Source: Zygophlyctis sp. KS116
Lineage: Eukaryota; Fungi; Chytridiomycota
Assembly: GCA_054661495.1 (NCBI GenBank)
Contig: BAAFSQ010000399.1
Coordinates: 1-7,837, forward strand
Direction: 5' to 3'
Length of the DNA stretch: 7,837 bases
The notes below the pieces were generated by a model, which saw nothing but the letters and a program-made list of their open reading frames with translations, searched no databases and was not told where the DNA came from. Shown in pieces: positions 6,648 to 7,837 of the stretch (the first letter of the stretch is position 1; each line of letters starts with the position of its first letter). The translations under genes were made by a program, and so were the position numbers.

Positions 6648-7367
6648 ATGACTGACAATTTCCTCAAATATTCCTATGTTTCTAGATCAACTCCAGAAAT
6701 AGGAAAACCCAGTTTACTAGACAGAGATATTCAATTGGAATTTTACAAGGAAATCAAGAATTTAAAAACTACAAATTTGGACAATTTACTTGCAAGATTC
6801 AGGAAATTAAGAGAAGGAATACTTGCTTCTAAATCTACTCCAGATGATTTTATTTTAAATGTGTATTTGGATTCTATTGATTTATGTTTAAAATCTAAAA
6901 ATTGGTTAGAACTCTATAAATCTTTACAAGGGATTCTACCAATATTGGAAATTGTAAAATCTGAAAGAATTCACGAAATTCAAGAATATTTTTTACTTTA
7001 TCTTATTACTTGGATAGGATCAAATCTAGATTTTTACAAATTCTTTATACAATTCAAGTCTAGTCATGAATTTTCTTTAAAGGTTTTAAAGACTGTGCAG
7101 GATCCTTTTGCTTTTTTTGAATTTTTTTCAATTTACAAGTCTGCATCACAAAATCAACGGATATTTCTAGATTTAAAAGTAGATTCTATTAGGAATAGAA
7201 GCTTTATAATTATTTCAAGGTCATTTCAGTCAATGGAATTATGCTTTTTAAAGGATTTAATGGGTTTTGAATCTATAAAACAAGTTGAAGAGTTTATTAA
7301 AGGTTTTGGACAATGTTGGACATTGGATGGAAGCAAGGTTGTATTTAAGAAATTTAAAAAAAACTAG
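6648..7367 (+). CDS. Helical PCI-like protein (SAC3/GANP or CSN8/PSMD8/eIF3K-type); 239 aa
   Basis: Clean ORF. FRKLREGILAS...DDFILNVY, and C-terminal IRNRSFIIISRSFQSMELCFLKDLMGF...F...W...G..V resembles a PCI winged helix. Exact family uncertain. Confidence 0.7.
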   Translation: MTDNFLKYSYVSRSTPEIGKPSLLDRDIQLEFYKEIKNLKTTNLDNLLARFRKLREGILASKSTPDDFILNVYLDSIDLCLKSKNWLELYKSLQGILPILEIVKSERIHEIQEYFLLYLITWIGSNLDFYKFFIQFKSSHEFSLKVLKTVQDPFAFFEFFSIYKSASQNQRIFLDLKVDSIRNRSFIIISRSFQSMELCFLKDLMGFESIKQVEEFIKGFGQCWTLDGSKVVFKKFKKN

Positions 7368-7380
7368 TCTTTAGGAGGTT

Positions 7381-7818
7381 ATGACTAGAGAAGACAAGTT
7401 GCAGGAAATTGTTGATTACTTGAAATCACTGGGACTGTTTAAATCTGTACAGACTCTAGTGGAAGAGGCAGGACTATCCAAAGAATTAAAATTAGAAAAT
7501 TCAGAAATTCCTTTAGAGTTTAAAAAGGATTTGAATTTGAGATTAAATTGTTTTAAATGGAATCCAAGTTTATCAATTTGTGCAATTGGATCTCAAAATG
7601 GATTATTGTATCTCTTGAGTAATAATGATTTAATTCAATCTTTTAAATTACATTCAGGACTAATTAGTAATTTAGAATGGGATTTAACAGGGAAATTATT
7701 AGCTACAGCTTCAAAAGACTGTAAAGTCAAGATTCACGAAATCCTAAAAAACAAAATCTCTGTGTTAAATCAGAGTAATTTGAGACAAGATCGAATGAGA
7801 TCAAATTTATTCTCTTGA
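7381..7818 (+). CDS. LisH plus WD40 protein (TBL1/Sif2-like N-terminal architecture); 145 aa as read
   Basis: LisH: IVDYLKSLGLFKSVQTLVEEAGL. WD repeats: LNCFKWNPSLSICAIGSQNGLLYL and HSGLISNLEWDLTGKLLATASKDCKVKIHE. 3' end uncertain. Confidence 0.72.
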   Translation: MTREDKLQEIVDYLKSLGLFKSVQTLVEEAGLSKELKLENSEIPLEFKKDLNLRLNCFKWNPSLSICAIGSQNGLLYLLSNNDLIQSFKLHSGLISNLEWDLTGKLLATASKDCKVKIHEILKNKISVLNQSNLRQDRMRSNLFS

Positions 7819-7837
7819 AAAAAAGGATTAAAGAAAC

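Noticed and set aside
7373-7378. AGGAGG as a Shine-Dalgarno site
   Set aside because: Only 2 nt from the ATG, and the locus has spliceosomal introns and eukaryote-specific genes.
1-7818. Functional gene cluster (transcription/mRNA export, or NEDD8 and PCI)
   Set aside because: The functions are mixed housekeeping roles in mixed orientation, and adjacency is expected at this gene density. Conserved synteny would be needed to support it.

Overview
This AT-rich window is eukaryotic, not bacterial: a very gene-dense locus with nine standard-code protein genes and ten tiny GT-AG spliceosomal introns (24-35 nt, mean 28) that fragment the supplied ORF track. In order: TFB4/TFIIH p34 (-, runs off the left edge and is missing from the track), FIBP (+, 3 exons), SENP8/DEN1 deneddylase (-), THOC7-like (+, 2 exons), a triple CX2CX3GHX4C zinc-knuckle protein (-, 2-3 exons), an ER-type Scj1-like DnaJ (-, 6 exons), a stand-alone PLOD-type glycosyltransferase (-), a PCI-like protein (+) and a short LisH-WD40 protein (+). 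The gene set suggests an early-diverging, possibly chytrid-like fungus (inference only). The most notable signal is the splicing architecture: all ten introns fit the rule 'GTA donor, first AG at 24 nt or more', acceptors are only AAG or TAG, and every intron whose length is a multiple of 3 carries an in-frame stop. Other points are a 12-bp convergent CDS overlap, 13- and 55-bp tandem gene gaps, short duplications in all three divergent promoter regions, and a structured 316-bp intergenic region. No mobile element, CRISPR array or recognisable RNA gene was seen. All family calls are from motif recognition by eye, with no database search.
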